Origin: an uncultured Gammaproteobacteria bacterium
Lineage (GTDB): Bacteria; Pseudomonadota; Gammaproteobacteria; JACCXJ01
DNA: 64,000 nt
Direction: 5' to 3'
Assembly: GCA_963764725.1 (NCBI GenBank)
Contig: CAVXTM010000011.1
Coordinates: forward strand, 64,001 to 128,000
Shown: positions 45,187 to 56,019 of the stretch, one piece after another
Numbering within the stretch: position 1 is the first letter of the stretch
Layout of the letters: the number at the start of each line of letters is the position of its first letter
Position numbers and translations under genes: made by a program
The notes under the pieces: model-generated
The model's database searches: none
Told to the model about the DNA's origin: nothing
What the model saw: the letters and a program-made list of their open reading frames with translations, nothing else

Positions 45187-45964
45187 TAACGTGTCAGCAA
45201 CGCTGATATCGAACTCGAATTGGACCGTCTGGGCACCGGCGCCGCCCGGCGAATAATTCCGCTCGACAAATCTTACGCGGTGATCTTGGTCCTCAATGAG
45301 GACGCTACTACAGCGCGTGCCGTAATTCTCGCTGGCGATAAAAATCGACGCTAATACCCGCTCCCGCACCAGGCCGACTCCGGTATCCGGCAGGCAGTCA
45401 TCAGAGGGCCGGGTCCTATCGGCCAGCATTTCGAGGATCGCCTCGGGCTCGGCGGCGGGCATTCCGAGGATTTTCGCGAGAGCAGCCTTGGCATTATTTA
45501 CCTTCGGCCACGGGGTGTCTAAGCGATGATTGCTGAGCCCGTATAAGCCGGGCGCGAGAGTCACGATCTCCCCGGTGCGATTGTTGTAGTACGCGATTTC
45601 GTCGCGGTCGCCGGTCAGCAGGTTAAAGCCATTGTAGCGCGAACCCCACTGAGCCAACTCCGCGAGATAGGCGCGAGGCGGAAGGTCCCCGCGCAAGAAC
45701 TCGCTGACCAAGAGTCCCCTGAGACGGAGCGTCCTCCCGCGCGGGTTCCGGATCGCGTATGTTGCTTACGGCCGCGAACCGTCCCGCTCGGGTGATCCCG
45801 AACCAGGTGCCGCCCCCGACCAGATCCCGGCCGGCTAGAATCCATGGGGCGTCCTTCCAAAAGTGCGCGCGTTGACTGGGGCGGTCATAGAATTCATCGC
45901 GATTCGCGGCGATCACGATAGGATAACGGGCGTGTTGTCGGTAGGATAACAGGATGAGGCACAT
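45178..45964 (-). pseudogene. NRDE family protein, frameshift near 45720 (real or assembly error)
   Basis: MCLILL..ANRDEFYDRP, GGTW, YNGFNL, LSNHRLDTPWPKV, YGTRCS across two ORFs. Confidence 0.88.
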
Positions 45965-45969
45965 GGGAC

Positions 45970-47052
45970 TCACTTCGAATCGGGAGCATTCCCAGTACGC
46001 TTGCGGCCCTCGGCAGGCGTCTTCGCGGCGGGCCTGACGTCAATGCGGCCAATCCGCTGCGTGTTACTTAGCGCCAGCCACAAGGTGCCGTCTTTCCGGT
46101 CCGCCACCATATGTTGCACGATGGCGCCTTCGGTCGGGATCTCCAACGTAGCGCTGCGTTTGGTTTTGGGATCGAAGGCGACCATCCTGTTGGTATAGGA
46201 CTCGTTGTACCAGATCCGTCCATCCTGGCCGATGGCGATCGCGGTCGGACCGGCGTTGCGATTCACCGTGTCGTATTCCCTAAAGCGCTTGGCCTTCGGA
46301 TCATAACGGCCGAGCTTGGAGCGCGCCGGATCGGTGTACCAGATGTTTCCGGCAGCATCGATCGCGAGCTGCCGAGGGCGGGCGTCCTTATACGGCAATT
46401 CGATCTCGCGCAGGGTCGCCTCCTTGGAATCGATGCGGGCGAGCCTGTGCGTCCCAAACAGCGTGACCCAAATCCCGCCATCGGGCGCCGCAGCCAGGTC
46501 GTGCGGCCGCGCATTGGGAGTGGTCACCGGCAAAACGACGACCCCGCCCGTGTGCGGGTCCAGGTACCCGCAGGCGTTGGCGCGCTGGGCGGTAAACCAA
46601 ATCCTGTTTTTATGGATGAGGAGTGTGTCGGGATCCTTGGCCCCTGGCGGTAGGGGATATTCCATGATCTTCCCGCTCTCGATGTCCAAGACCCCGATTC
46701 TCCCGAGCTTTGTGGCCGTATACCATATGCGTCCGCGGCGCCCGATCGCGATCCCATGAGGCGCCGCACCGGGGCTCGGCATCTCAAAATCCTTGATCTG
46801 GCCGGTTTCCGGGTCGACGCGCCCGATACGGCTGTTCGCTTGGTCCACGTACCATGCCACGCCGAACCTATTCACGGCAACCGAGTAAGGCGTGGCTCCG
46901 GCACGCGGAATGACGTACTCGATGATTGGGCCGGAGGATTCAACCTCGCGGCGCCCGTGGGGCTCCGTGGCGGTACCGGCCCAAATCTGCGGGAAGCCAA
47001 CCGCAGCGATCAGGGCGGTGATCAGCAGAATTCTAGGGATAAGACTGTGCAT
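45970..47052 (-). CDS. Secreted Vgb (virginiamycin B lyase)-like beta-propeller
   Basis: Repeats P-x-x-I-A-x-G-x-D-G-x-I-W-Y-T..IGR; signal-like N-terminus. Confidence 0.82.
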   Translation of the reverse strand: MHSLIPRILLITALIAAVGFPQIWAGTATEPHGRREVESSGPIIEYVIPRAGATPYSVAVNRFGVAWYVDQANSRIGRVDPETGQIKDFEMPSPGAAPHGIAIGRRGRIWYTATKLGRIGVLDIESGKIMEYPLPPGAKDPDTLLIHKNRIWFTAQRANACGYLDPHTGGVVVLPVTTPNARPHDLAAAPDGGIWVTLFGTHRLARIDSKEATLREIELPYKDARPRQLAIDAAGNIWYTDPARSKLGRYDPKAKRFREYDTVNRNAGPTAIAIGQDGRIWYNESYTNRMVAFDPKTKRSATLEIPTEGAIVQHMVADRKDGTLWLALSNTQRIGRIDVRPAAKTPAEGRKRTGNAPDSK

Positions 47053-47254
47053 ACGACGGTCGGTTGCAGGGCCCGTTAAGCTTCCGCCGTCCATTGCGGG
47101 TGTAACGGGGTGCTGCGACGCATTGTAGCCGAAACCGTCGTCCACGCCCCGCTTCATGGGTATCATTGAGGCGTTAGTCAAAATATTTCGCCTAAATGCT
47201 AAAGCGCCCGCCGCAAGCGGCGGGGTAGTAGTGAATAACACCACGGGAGGACCT

Positions 47255-48130
47255 ATGACACAAGCACCCACGCGCCGGATCCGCGAGCTGCTCGCTAAAC
47301 CGGGGATCATCCGTTCGCTCGGAGCGCACGATGTGCTGACGGCCGTGCTCATCGAACAAGCGGGCTTCGAATCGGTTTTCATCGGCGGATTCGGGACCAG
47401 CGCCAGCCTTTATGGTCTGCCCGACCTTAATTTTCTGGGCATGAGCGAGATGGCGGACGCCGTACGGCGAATGGCCCAACGCGTAGCGATCCCCGTGATC
47501 GCCGATGGCGACACCGGGCATGGCGATCTGCATAATGTCATGCGCTGCATTAGCGAATTCGAAACCGCCGGTGCCGCGGGGATCATTCTGGAGGACCAGG
47601 TGTTTCCGAAACGCTGCGGTCATTTTGAAGGCAAGGAAGTGATCCCGGCGCAGGAGATGGTGCTCAAATTCAAGGCTGCCGTGCGTGCCCGCTACGATAC
47701 GGATTTTCTCTTCATCGCGCGCACCGACGCGCGCGAACCGAACGGTTTGGACGATGCGATCGATCGCATCAACCGCTACTGTGACGCGGGCGCGGATGTG
47801 GCCTTCATCGAAGCCCCACTGTCCCTCGCCGAGCTCGAAACTATCTGCCGCCGGGTCCCTTACCCCAAGTTTGTGAACATGCTCGCTTTCGGGAAGACCC
47901 CAATACTCGGCGTGCGCGATCTGGAGCAAATGGGGTTCAAGATCATGGTCGCGCCGATCGACTCGGTGTTACTCACCGCTAAGGCGATGCGGGAGATGGC
48001 GCAGGTCTTCGCCCGCGATGGACACACGCAGGCTCTCGCAGAAAGGATGGCCGAATTCGATGAGATCAAGAGTATCTTGGGCGTCCGCGAGTTTTTATCG
48101 CTGCGCGATGAATTATGCCGAGGCACTTAG
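47255..48130 (+). CDS. Isocitrate lyase/PEP mutase family enzyme (PrpB-like)
   Basis: GLPDL, ADGDTG, LEDQVFPKRCGH, IARTDA; GGGAGG RBS. Confidence 0.9.
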   Translation: MTQAPTRRIRELLAKPGIIRSLGAHDVLTAVLIEQAGFESVFIGGFGTSASLYGLPDLNFLGMSEMADAVRRMAQRVAIPVIADGDTGHGDLHNVMRCISEFETAGAAGIILEDQVFPKRCGHFEGKEVIPAQEMVLKFKAAVRARYDTDFLFIARTDAREPNGLDDAIDRINRYCDAGADVAFIEAPLSLAELETICRRVPYPKFVNMLAFGKTPILGVRDLEQMGFKIMVAPIDSVLLTAKAMREMAQVFARDGHTQALAERMAEFDEIKSILGVREFLSLRDELCRGT

Positions 48131-48167
48131 CTGCGCCAAGATTCAACTCGTCGAAGCCGCCTATTGA

Positions 48168-48325
48168 TGCTCTATCGTGAGGCATACGTCAATAGTCTTG
48201 GGCTATTATGGGGCTAACGATTTCACTTAACGAGCGAATACTTTTTTAGTAATCTTAGAAAACAATAATAACTGATGGAAAACACGACAGTTGTTGCTAC
48301 CATATCGTTATGGCACACGCTGTGC
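48168..48325 (+). promoter_or_regulatory. sigma54 promoter with upstream NtrC-like site
   Basis: TGGCACACGCTGTGC at 48311-48325 (-24/-12); TGCTCT-N5-GAGGCA at 48168-48184; AT-rich spacer. Confidence 0.6.
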
Positions 48326-48363
48326 CATGGCCTTATCAAACAACTAAATTTTAGGGGGAGCAC

Positions 48364-49134
48364 ATGAAGCGAATTTTGATATTGATCGCGGCTCTGACCG
48401 GAAGCGCAGCAGCCTATGCGCAAGACGAATCGGGTGCAAAAGAATCGCCGGAGATTCCTCTTTCGCCGGCGAAAGAGGAATCTCCGCATGTGGCTGCCGG
48501 CAGCGTCGCATTACTGACCGACTATCTCTTCCGCGGTATTACACAGACCGGCAACCACCCCGCAATCCAGGGCAGCCTGGAGTATAATTACACGCCTTGG
48601 GGGATCTATCTTGGTGCGTGGGCGTCGAACGTCAATGACGCCGTTTCGGATGGGTCGATAGAGATCGATTGGTACGGTGGGTTTCGAGGTGAATTCTCGG
48701 ATACCGGTATCGGTTGGGACCTGGGAGCGATCTACTACCATTATCCGGGCGACGATTTGGAGCCGGAAAAGGACTATGTGGAGCCCAAGGTCGGTTTGAG
48801 CTACAAATTCGAGGACGTACCCTTGGAGCCCGCAACTGCCGCAACGGTTTATTATTCGCCCGACTTCTACGGAGAAACGGGGGATGCAGTGTACGTCGAC
48901 GGATCGCTCGGTTTGTCACTGCCTTACGGTCTTGGCCTTGGTTTTCATATAGGTTACCAAGATGTCGAAGACCTCGGCGACTATATCGACTGGAGAGTCG
49001 GTCTCTCGCGAGAGGTTCTTGGATTCGGTTTGGACGTGAGTTACTGGAATGCCGAGAACGAGTCCGCGTTTTGCGGGGTCGGCAACGGACTATGCGGGGG
49101 CACGGTGCTCGGTACGATTTCCAGGAAGTTCTAG
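48364..49134 (+). CDS. TorF-family putative porin (TIGR02001-like)
   Basis: TDYLFRGITQT..PAIQG, YLGAWASNV, EIDWYGG, terminal F. Confidence 0.88.
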   Translation: MKRILILIAALTGSAAAYAQDESGAKESPEIPLSPAKEESPHVAAGSVALLTDYLFRGITQTGNHPAIQGSLEYNYTPWGIYLGAWASNVNDAVSDGSIEIDWYGGFRGEFSDTGIGWDLGAIYYHYPGDDLEPEKDYVEPKVGLSYKFEDVPLEPATAATVYYSPDFYGETGDAVYVDGSLGLSLPYGLGLGFHIGYQDVEDLGDYIDWRVGLSREVLGFGLDVSYWNAENESAFCGVGNGLCGGTVLGTISRKF

Positions 49135-49164
49135 CCGATGTGGGAGCACCTTACAATCAGCTAA

Positions 49165-49533
<369 letters not shown>

Positions 49534-49570
49534 AAGCACTAGATCATTTTTGTTCCCGGAGGTATTTGCG

Positions 49571-51121
49571 ATGTCTATCGAGATAGGCGCCGAGGTGCGG
49601 CGCATGGGGATGGTGTTGGCGTTGGTCGGGACATTGGGCACCGGGCTGCCGGCGGCGGTGCAGGCTCAAGAGGATGCGGCGACGAGCACGCAGGCTGCGG
49701 AGACCGAGGCTGCGCCGGAGGCATCCGCGGCGCTCGAGGCGACCGCACCGCCCGCCGAAGCCTCCGAGGAAGCAAGTGCACCGGCTGAGACAGCCGCACC
49801 GGTTCCACCCACACCCCACAAGGGTGACACGGCCTGGATGATCGTCGCGACCGTGCTGGTCATCCTCATGACCATACCGGGGCTCGCGCTCTTCTACGGC
49901 GGCATGGTGCGGGCCAAGAACATGCTGTCGGTGCTGATGCAGGTGTTCGTTGCTTTCTGTCTCTTCTCGGTTTTATGGGCGATGTATGGCTATAGCATCG
50001 CGTTTACGGAGGGCAACGCCTTTTTTGGAGGCTTCGGCCGCTTGTTCTTGAAGGGCGTCACCGCGGACTCCAACGTCGCCACCTTCAGTAAAGGCGTGGT
50101 GATCCCCGAGTACATCTACATTGCCTTCCAGCTCACCTTCGCCGCGATCACCCCGGCGCTCATCATCGGCGCTTTCGCCGAGCGCATGAAGTTCTCGGCC
50201 GTGCTGTGGTTCCTGGTGTTGTGGTTTACCTTCGCCTATCTGCCCATCGCGCACATGGTCTGGTATTGGGCCGGTCCGGATGCCTATACCGATGCGGATG
50301 CGGCGGCGGCCGCTACGGCGACGGCCGGCTTCATTTTCCAGAAGGGCGCGCTCGACTTCGCGGGCGGGACGGTGGTGCATATCAACGCCGGGATCGCCGG
50401 GTTGGTCGGCGCCCTGATGGTCGGCAAGCGGATCGGTTACGGCAGGGAACAAATGGCGCCGCATAACGTCGGTCTCACGATGGTCGGTGCCTCCTTGCTC
50501 TGGGTCGGCTGGTTCGGCTTCAACGCAGGTTCCAACCTCGAGGCGACGGGCCTTGCTGCTCAGGTGTTTATCAATACCTTGGAGGCGACGGCGGCAGCGG
50601 CGCTTGCCTGGATGTTCGCGGAGTGGATCGGCAAGGGCACGCCCAGCATGCTCGGCGCCGCCTCGGGCGCGGTAGCGGGCCTGGTCGCGATAACACCCGC
50701 CTGCGGATGGGTGGGACCGATGGGGGCGATCGCCCTCGGCTTCCTTGCCGGTTTAATTTGCTATTGGGCGGTGACCGGGCTCAAGCATCTATTCGGCTAT
50801 GACGATTCGCTCGATGTGTTCGGCGTCCATTGCATCGGCGGGATCATCGGCGCGCTCGGCGTCGGCGTGTTCGCCTCGCCGGACCTCGGCGGCACCGGGG
50901 TGTGGGACTATGTCGCCAACGCGGTCGCGCCCGACTATTCGATCGCGACCCAAGTCACGAGTCAGGCCTGGGGCGTGGGGGTGACGCTTGTCTGGTCCGC
51001 GATCGTGGCCTTCATCTCCTACAAGTTGGTGGACTTGATCATCGGGCTGCGGGTCACGGAGGAAACCGAACGCGAAGGGCTGGATGTGAATCTCCACGGC
51101 GAGAAGGCGTACAATTTCTAG
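49571..51121 (+). CDS. amtB: Ammonium transporter with long Ala/Glu/Pro N-terminal extension
   Basis: DTAW, PGLALFYGG, DFAGGTVVH, GWFGFNAGS, DVFGVH. Confidence 0.95.
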   Translation: MSIEIGAEVRRMGMVLALVGTLGTGLPAAVQAQEDAATSTQAAETEAAPEASAALEATAPPAEASEEASAPAETAAPVPPTPHKGDTAWMIVATVLVILMTIPGLALFYGGMVRAKNMLSVLMQVFVAFCLFSVLWAMYGYSIAFTEGNAFFGGFGRLFLKGVTADSNVATFSKGVVIPEYIYIAFQLTFAAITPALIIGAFAERMKFSAVLWFLVLWFTFAYLPIAHMVWYWAGPDAYTDADAAAAATATAGFIFQKGALDFAGGTVVHINAGIAGLVGALMVGKRIGYGREQMAPHNVGLTMVGASLLWVGWFGFNAGSNLEATGLAAQVFINTLEATAAAALAWMFAEWIGKGTPSMLGAASGAVAGLVAITPACGWVGPMGAIALGFLAGLICYWAVTGLKHLFGYDDSLDVFGVHCIGGIIGALGVGVFASPDLGGTGVWDYVANAVAPDYSIATQVTSQAWGVGVTLVWSAIVAFISYKLVDLIIGLRVTEETEREGLDVNLHGEKAYNF

Positions 51122-51154
51122 ATCGTTGTGTCGAAGTCAATTTGGATTTTGCCA

Positions 51155-51240
51155 GCACGGGGTATGCGACCCCGTGGGGCGACCAAAGGGGAGAGTTGCG
51201 CCTCTCCCCTTCGGAAACCCCATCGCCAAGGACCCGCGGC
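51155..51240 (-). repeat. Double-hairpin intergenic repeat, copy 3
   Basis: Reverse strand GCCGCGGGTCCTTGGCGATGGGGTTTCCGAAGGGGAGAGGCGCAACTCTCCCCTTTGGTC..CACGGGGTCGCATACCCCGTG. Confidence 0.85.
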
Positions 51241-51339
51241 AAGACCGCGGGGAATAAACCTAATAACCGGGAAATCTGCTTTCTTCCGCAAGGGGAGGGA
51301 ATGAAACGGTACAACCCCGGTGCGTGTACCCATCCGTAG

Positions 51340-51768
<429 letters not shown>

Positions 51769-51807
51769 CCTGCTGCCAGGGCCCCTTCAATACGCACGCG
51801 CTTGGCT

Positions 51808-52044
51808 TTAGAGGTTCTTGTGGGTACCGTTGCAGAAGGGCGGTGATCCGGTCTGCTTGCAGCCGCACAGCCAGACTTTCTGGCTCTCGCTCAGGGTAAA
51901 CTGACACGGCGAAAATTCGCTACCCTTATGTGAGCCGTCGCAAAAGGGTTGATTCTTGGATCGGCCACACGCGCACCACCAATAGGTCCCCGCATTGAGA
52001 TCGAGTGGGTAGGGGGCTTTCTGGGCACAGACAGGCGTTGTCAT
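51808..52044 (-). CDS. Tandem CDGSH iron-sulfur protein (MiNT-like)
   Basis: WCACGRSKNQPFCDGSH and LCGCKQTGSPPFCNGTH. Confidence 0.9.
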   Translation of the reverse strand: MTTPVCAQKAPYPLDLNAGTYWWCACGRSKNQPFCDGSHKGSEFSPCQFTLSESQKVWLCGCKQTGSPPFCNGTHKNL

Positions 52045-52193
52045 GCATGATCCTCGCGGGTGGTAATGTCTTGCGATACCGGCAGTTAGGCGATGGTGCA
52101 TGTTAATATCGAACCCCTGTGCTAATCAATCCATTGACCTACGCGGGTTGATCTCCATTCCGCGGAGCCTGCGTGGGCGTCTAAAACGCGTTT

Positions 52194-53039
52194 ATGCCCG
52201 GCCCCTTCCTTCCTGATCCCCGATGCGACCGCTATTGCGTGGTCGGTAACCCCATCGGGCATAGCCTCTCGCCACGGATTCACCAGGCGTTTGCGGAGCA
52301 AACAGGAGAACGGATCGACTACCGCGCGCTCCTTGCTCCGCTCGACCGGTTTCGCGAGACAGCGCTGGAATTCTTTAGCGCTGGCGGACGCGGTATGAAC
52401 GTCACGCTTCCCTTCAAGGAAGAGGCGTGGGCGTTTGCGTCCCTGCACTCCGCGTCGGCCGAAACGGCTGGCGCGGCGAATACGCTGTGGCGCGATGGCG
52501 AAGGCCGTTACCACGGAGATAACACGGACGGCATCGGGTTCCTGCGCGACTATCTTGGCAATCACGGGGGCAGTCTCCAGGGCCAACGAGTCTTAGTGTT
52601 GGGCGCAGGCGGAGCCGTGCGGGGTATGTTAGGACCCCTCATGGAGCAAAGACCCGCCCGTCTCGTGGTTGCCAATCGAACGCTATCCAAGGCCCGCGCC
52701 TTATACGAAAGGTTTAGCCCGCTGGGCGAGATTGCAATCTGCGAATACGGCGCCCTCGTCGGCCAGAAGTTCGATGCGGTAATCAACGGCACCGCGGCCA
52801 GCCTTGGCGCTGAATTGCCTCCCTTGCCCGCGGGGATCCTGGCCGCGGGCGCTTGGTGCTATGACCTGGTGTACGCGCCGGAGCCGACGCGCTTTATGCA
52901 CTGGGGCCTCGAATGCGGCGCGGCGCGGGCGCTGGATGGCCTAGGGATGCTCGTCGAGCAAGCCGCCGAGGCCTTTTCCATTTGGCGCCGGGTAAGACCC
53001 GCCACGGGACCGGTCATCGAGCTGTTACGGACCGAATGA
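52194..53039 (+). CDS. aroE: Shikimate dehydrogenase
   Basis: GNPIGHSLSP, NVTLPFK, NTDGIG, GAGGA, GLGMLVEQA. Confidence 0.95.
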   Translation: MPGPFLPDPRCDRYCVVGNPIGHSLSPRIHQAFAEQTGERIDYRALLAPLDRFRETALEFFSAGGRGMNVTLPFKEEAWAFASLHSASAETAGAANTLWRDGEGRYHGDNTDGIGFLRDYLGNHGGSLQGQRVLVLGAGGAVRGMLGPLMEQRPARLVVANRTLSKARALYERFSPLGEIAICEYGALVGQKFDAVINGTAASLGAELPPLPAGILAAGAWCYDLVYAPEPTRFMHWGLECGAARALDGLGMLVEQAAEAFSIWRRVRPATGPVIELLRTE

Positions 53040-53157
53040 CATTGGTGGCGCACTGCACTCAGCATGGCCTCGGGTTTGCTCTATACGCACAGCCCCGCGC
53101 GAGCCTCCGCCTGTCGCTAGCGGGGCCCCAATCAGGTCGCGGCTCTTCGCGGCATGG

Positions 53158-53297
53158 GTACAATAACTATAAGATATATAAAGATATTTATTATTGATTA
53201 AATTCTCATCGATCTAGTGAAAAAGGCCGTCACATAAAGGGGGAAGGAGGCTTTATCGCAAACAATCCACAAACTTATCCACAGATTCTGTGGGTAA
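53158..53297. promoter_or_regulatory. AT-rich tract plus DnaA-box cluster
   Basis: TTATCCACA 53275-53283, inverted TGTGGGTAA 53289-53297, CAATCCACA 53263-53271; AAGATAT repeats at 53171-53187. Confidence 0.6.
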
Positions 53298-53357
53298 CCA
53301 AGCGGCTGCGGTTGGCGCCATATGATAAGGCGGCATTGGGGATCTCCGCGCCGTCCG

Positions 53358-54164
53358 TTATTCGCCGATGGCTACGCCGGACCGCGTTGCTGCCACGACG
53401 TTGCTTAGTCGCACATAGTCGCTGGGCGTTAAGGTTTCGGCTCGTGAGCCGGGGTCGATTCCGGCGCTACGCAGGATGCTTTCGCCGACCCAACCCTTGA
53501 GGGCGTTTCGTAGCGTCTTGCGGCGCAGGGAAAACGCCTTGCGTACTAAGTCGTCGAACAGGTTCCTATCGGCAACGGGGAGCGGTGCCCGCCTCGGTGC
53601 GAGCCGTAGTACCGAGGAATACACCTTGGGGAGCGGATCAAACGCGGCCGGTGGCACGTCAAACAGGATCTCGCTCTCACAGAGGTACTGCACCATTACA
53701 CTCAGCCGCCCGTACAGGCGCGTACCGGGAGAGGCCGTGATCCGCTCCGCGACCTCGCGCTGGAGCATGAACACCATGTCTTCGATGCATTGCGATTCGG
53801 ACAACAAGTGAAACAAGAGCGGCGTCGAGATGTTGTAGGGCAGGTTTCCCACGATGCGGAGCCGTCGGTCCTCCCCGGCGAGGGAAGAAAACGGAAACTT
53901 CAGCGCATCGATCGCGTGGACCGTGAGCCGGCCGCAAGCGGCAAGCTCCGCCCTCAGCGCTTCAGCGAGCTGCGCGTCGATCTCTACCACATGCAATTCA
54001 CCCAGGGCTAGCAGCAGCGGGCGCGTCAGGGCCCCGGTGCCAGGCCCGATCTCGACCACGCATTGTCCGGGATGCGGATGAATCACCCCGAGCAAGCGCG
54101 CCAGGACCTCGCGATTGCGCAAGAAATGCTGGCCGAAGCGCTTTTTTGCCCGAACAGCGTCCAC
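53358..54164 (-). CDS. rsmA: 16S rRNA m6,2A1518/1519 dimethyltransferase
   Basis: KKRFGQHFL, EIGPGTGALT, GNLPYNIST, FMLQREVA. Confidence 0.96.
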   Translation of the reverse strand: MDAVRAKKRFGQHFLRNREVLARLLGVIHPHPGQCVVEIGPGTGALTRPLLLALGELHVVEIDAQLAEALRAELAACGRLTVHAIDALKFPFSSLAGEDRRLRIVGNLPYNISTPLLFHLLSESQCIEDMVFMLQREVAERITASPGTRLYGRLSVMVQYLCESEILFDVPPAAFDPLPKVYSSVLRLAPRRAPLPVADRNLFDDLVRKAFSLRRKTLRNALKGWVGESILRSAGIDPGSRAETLTPSDYVRLSNVVAATRSGVAIGE

Positions 54165-54186
54165 GGCCTATGTGTGCTGCCGCTCG

Positions 54187-56019
54187 CTAGGGGACGTGTG
54201 CGGACGCCTGGGGATCGCCGATGGGGGCTGCGAGACCATCAGCGACGATTTCTCTGACGTTGTCTCCCGTGAGGCTTTCCAAAAACACCACCACATCGTT
54301 CTGTTCCATCGTTGAAAGCCCGAGGGGCTCGATCTCCCGATCCGGTGCGACATATCCGCCACCGTTGTAATAGGCGACCACATCGGCGAGTGTGGCGAAG
54401 GATCCGTCGTGCATGTAGGGCGCGGTGAGCGCAACGTTGCGCAGGCTGGGCGTCTTGTACCGCCAGCGGTCGGCGGGGTCTTGCGTTACCTCATAGCGGC
54501 CGAGATCGTTGGCGCGCGGCTCGCTCACTGCTTCTAAGAGATGCTTAGCCACATTGACGCCGGGTGCAATCGCGACCGCCGCCTCCACGGCGCGCGTGTG
54601 CATCGAGCGTTGCCAGCCAATGCCGGTATTGTGCAGTTCCTGATCGCTGAATAGTGCGTGATCACGTCCGAGCGCGTGGCAGGCACCACAGCGCGCTTTA
54701 CCGGTAAAGAGCTTGAAGCCGCGTTGGGCCTCGCGGCCGAGCGCCGTGTTGTCCCGTCCGTAGTACCAGCGGTCGAAGGGCGTGTTGCCGGAAATCAGCG
54801 TGCGCTCGTAGCTTGCGATCGCCTGCCCGATCGTTGCCATTCCCGCGGAGCGGCCAAAGGCGCGCTCGAAAAGACCTTGATAGTCCGGCAATCGACGCAC
54901 TTTATCGAGCACCCATCCCACCGACGGCGCTCCCATCTCGTTCCGCGCCAAGAGCGGTGACCAGACTTGGGTTTCCAAGGAACTCTCGCGCCCGTCATGG
55001 AAAAGATGTTCCTGATAAGCCACGTTGTACAGGCTCGGGGCATTGCGGCGTACCGAGCGGCCCTCGATACCTGCCGGCGCCGCGAGCGCGTTGTTCGTGA
55101 AACCCTGATCCGGAATGTGACACATGGCGCACGACATCGTGTTGTTCAACGACAGGCGGCGGTCGTAGAAGAGCATGCGGCCGAGCGCCACCTTTGCTTC
55201 GGTCAGCGGGTTGTCCGCGGGCACGGGCACTTGCGGGAGGCCGAGCGGCGGATCAAGCACCCGGCGCGTTAAATCGGCGCGGTGCTTCTTGGGTTTGTCC
55301 GCTTTGCCTGAACGCGGCCGCGCGAAGCGTAGGCCCTGCTCCAGCACCAGGGTCTTGAGATCGTTGACGAGGAGAGCGGGATCGAGCATCGAAGCGCCGT
55401 AAACATTTCGGATCATTCGATTTTCATCGATTAAAAACACCCGCAACAGGTGGGCGAGACCCCCGCCTGCTGCCCGCGAGGGTTCCGGTTGCAAATCTTG
55501 GCCGTACGCCCGCGAGATCGGCGCGAGCGCTGAGGGCGTACGGGTCGTCGCGAAGACCCAGTCGCTGTCCTGCGCAAAAGGCGCGCCGTAGCGCCGCATA
55601 ACTTCCGGGGAATCGTGCCCGGGGTCGAAGCTCAGGGTGATGAAACGCGCCCGAGAGGAGATCTCGGGCCCGTCGCGGTCGAGCCGCTTTCTAGCTATGC
55701 TCATCAGCGCCGTCGCCCACGGGCAGCCTTGAGCGTCCGCACAGCGGGTATAGACGAGGCTCAGAACGACAAGCTTGCCCTTATAGAGCTCGTGTAAGGT
55801 CGTGACCGCGCCCCCGCTGGTCACAACGGCGCCGTCTCTCGCCCGTTTCAGAGGCGGCAGTTCATAGCTGCCCGGTTCAGGGTAGCTCAGGGCCTGCGCC
55901 CGGGCGTCGAACCCCGCCACAAGCCATCCGATGAGAATCGTTACGACGAGGTTAGCGCGCAGATCGCTGCCAATCGTACGCCGCGACGCGCATGCTTTCG
56001 CTACCCGGTCTCTGCACAT
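54187..56019 (-). CDS. SCO/SenC - diheme MauG/cytochrome c peroxidase fusion (start uncertain)
   Basis: YTRCADAQGCP, TLSFDP, HLLRVFLID (SCO); SCAMCH, RNAPS, CGACH, APYMHDG (MauG/CCP). Confidence 0.85.
   Translation of the reverse strand: MCRDRVAKACASRRTIGSDLRANLVVTILIGWLVAGFDARAQALSYPEPGSYELPPLKRARDGAVVTSGGAVTTLHELYKGKLVVLSLVYTRCADAQGCPWATALMSIARKRLDRDGPEISSRARFITLSFDPGHDSPEVMRRYGAPFAQDSDWVFATTRTPSALAPISRAYGQDLQPEPSRAAGGGLAHLLRVFLIDENRMIRNVYGASMLDPALLVNDLKTLVLEQGLRFARPRSGKADKPKKHRADLTRRVLDPPLGLPQVPVPADNPLTEAKVALGRMLFYDRRLSLNNTMSCAMCHIPDQGFTNNALAAPAGIEGRSVRRNAPSLYNVAYQEHLFHDGRESSLETQVWSPLLARNEMGAPSVGWVLDKVRRLPDYQGLFERAFGRSAGMATIGQAIASYERTLISGNTPFDRWYYGRDNTALGREAQRGFKLFTGKARCGACHALGRDHALFSDQELHNTGIGWQRSMHTRAVEAAVAIAPGVNVAKHLLEAVSEPRANDLGRYEVTQDPADRWRYKTPSLRNVALTAPYMHDGSFATLADVVAYYNGGGYVAPDREIEPLGLSTMEQNDVVVFLESLTGDNVREIVADGLAAPIGDPQASAHVP

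Noticed and set aside
47053-47382. N-terminal extension of the Vgb-like ORF
   Set aside because: It overlaps the divergent ICL-family gene; the signal peptide begins at 47052.
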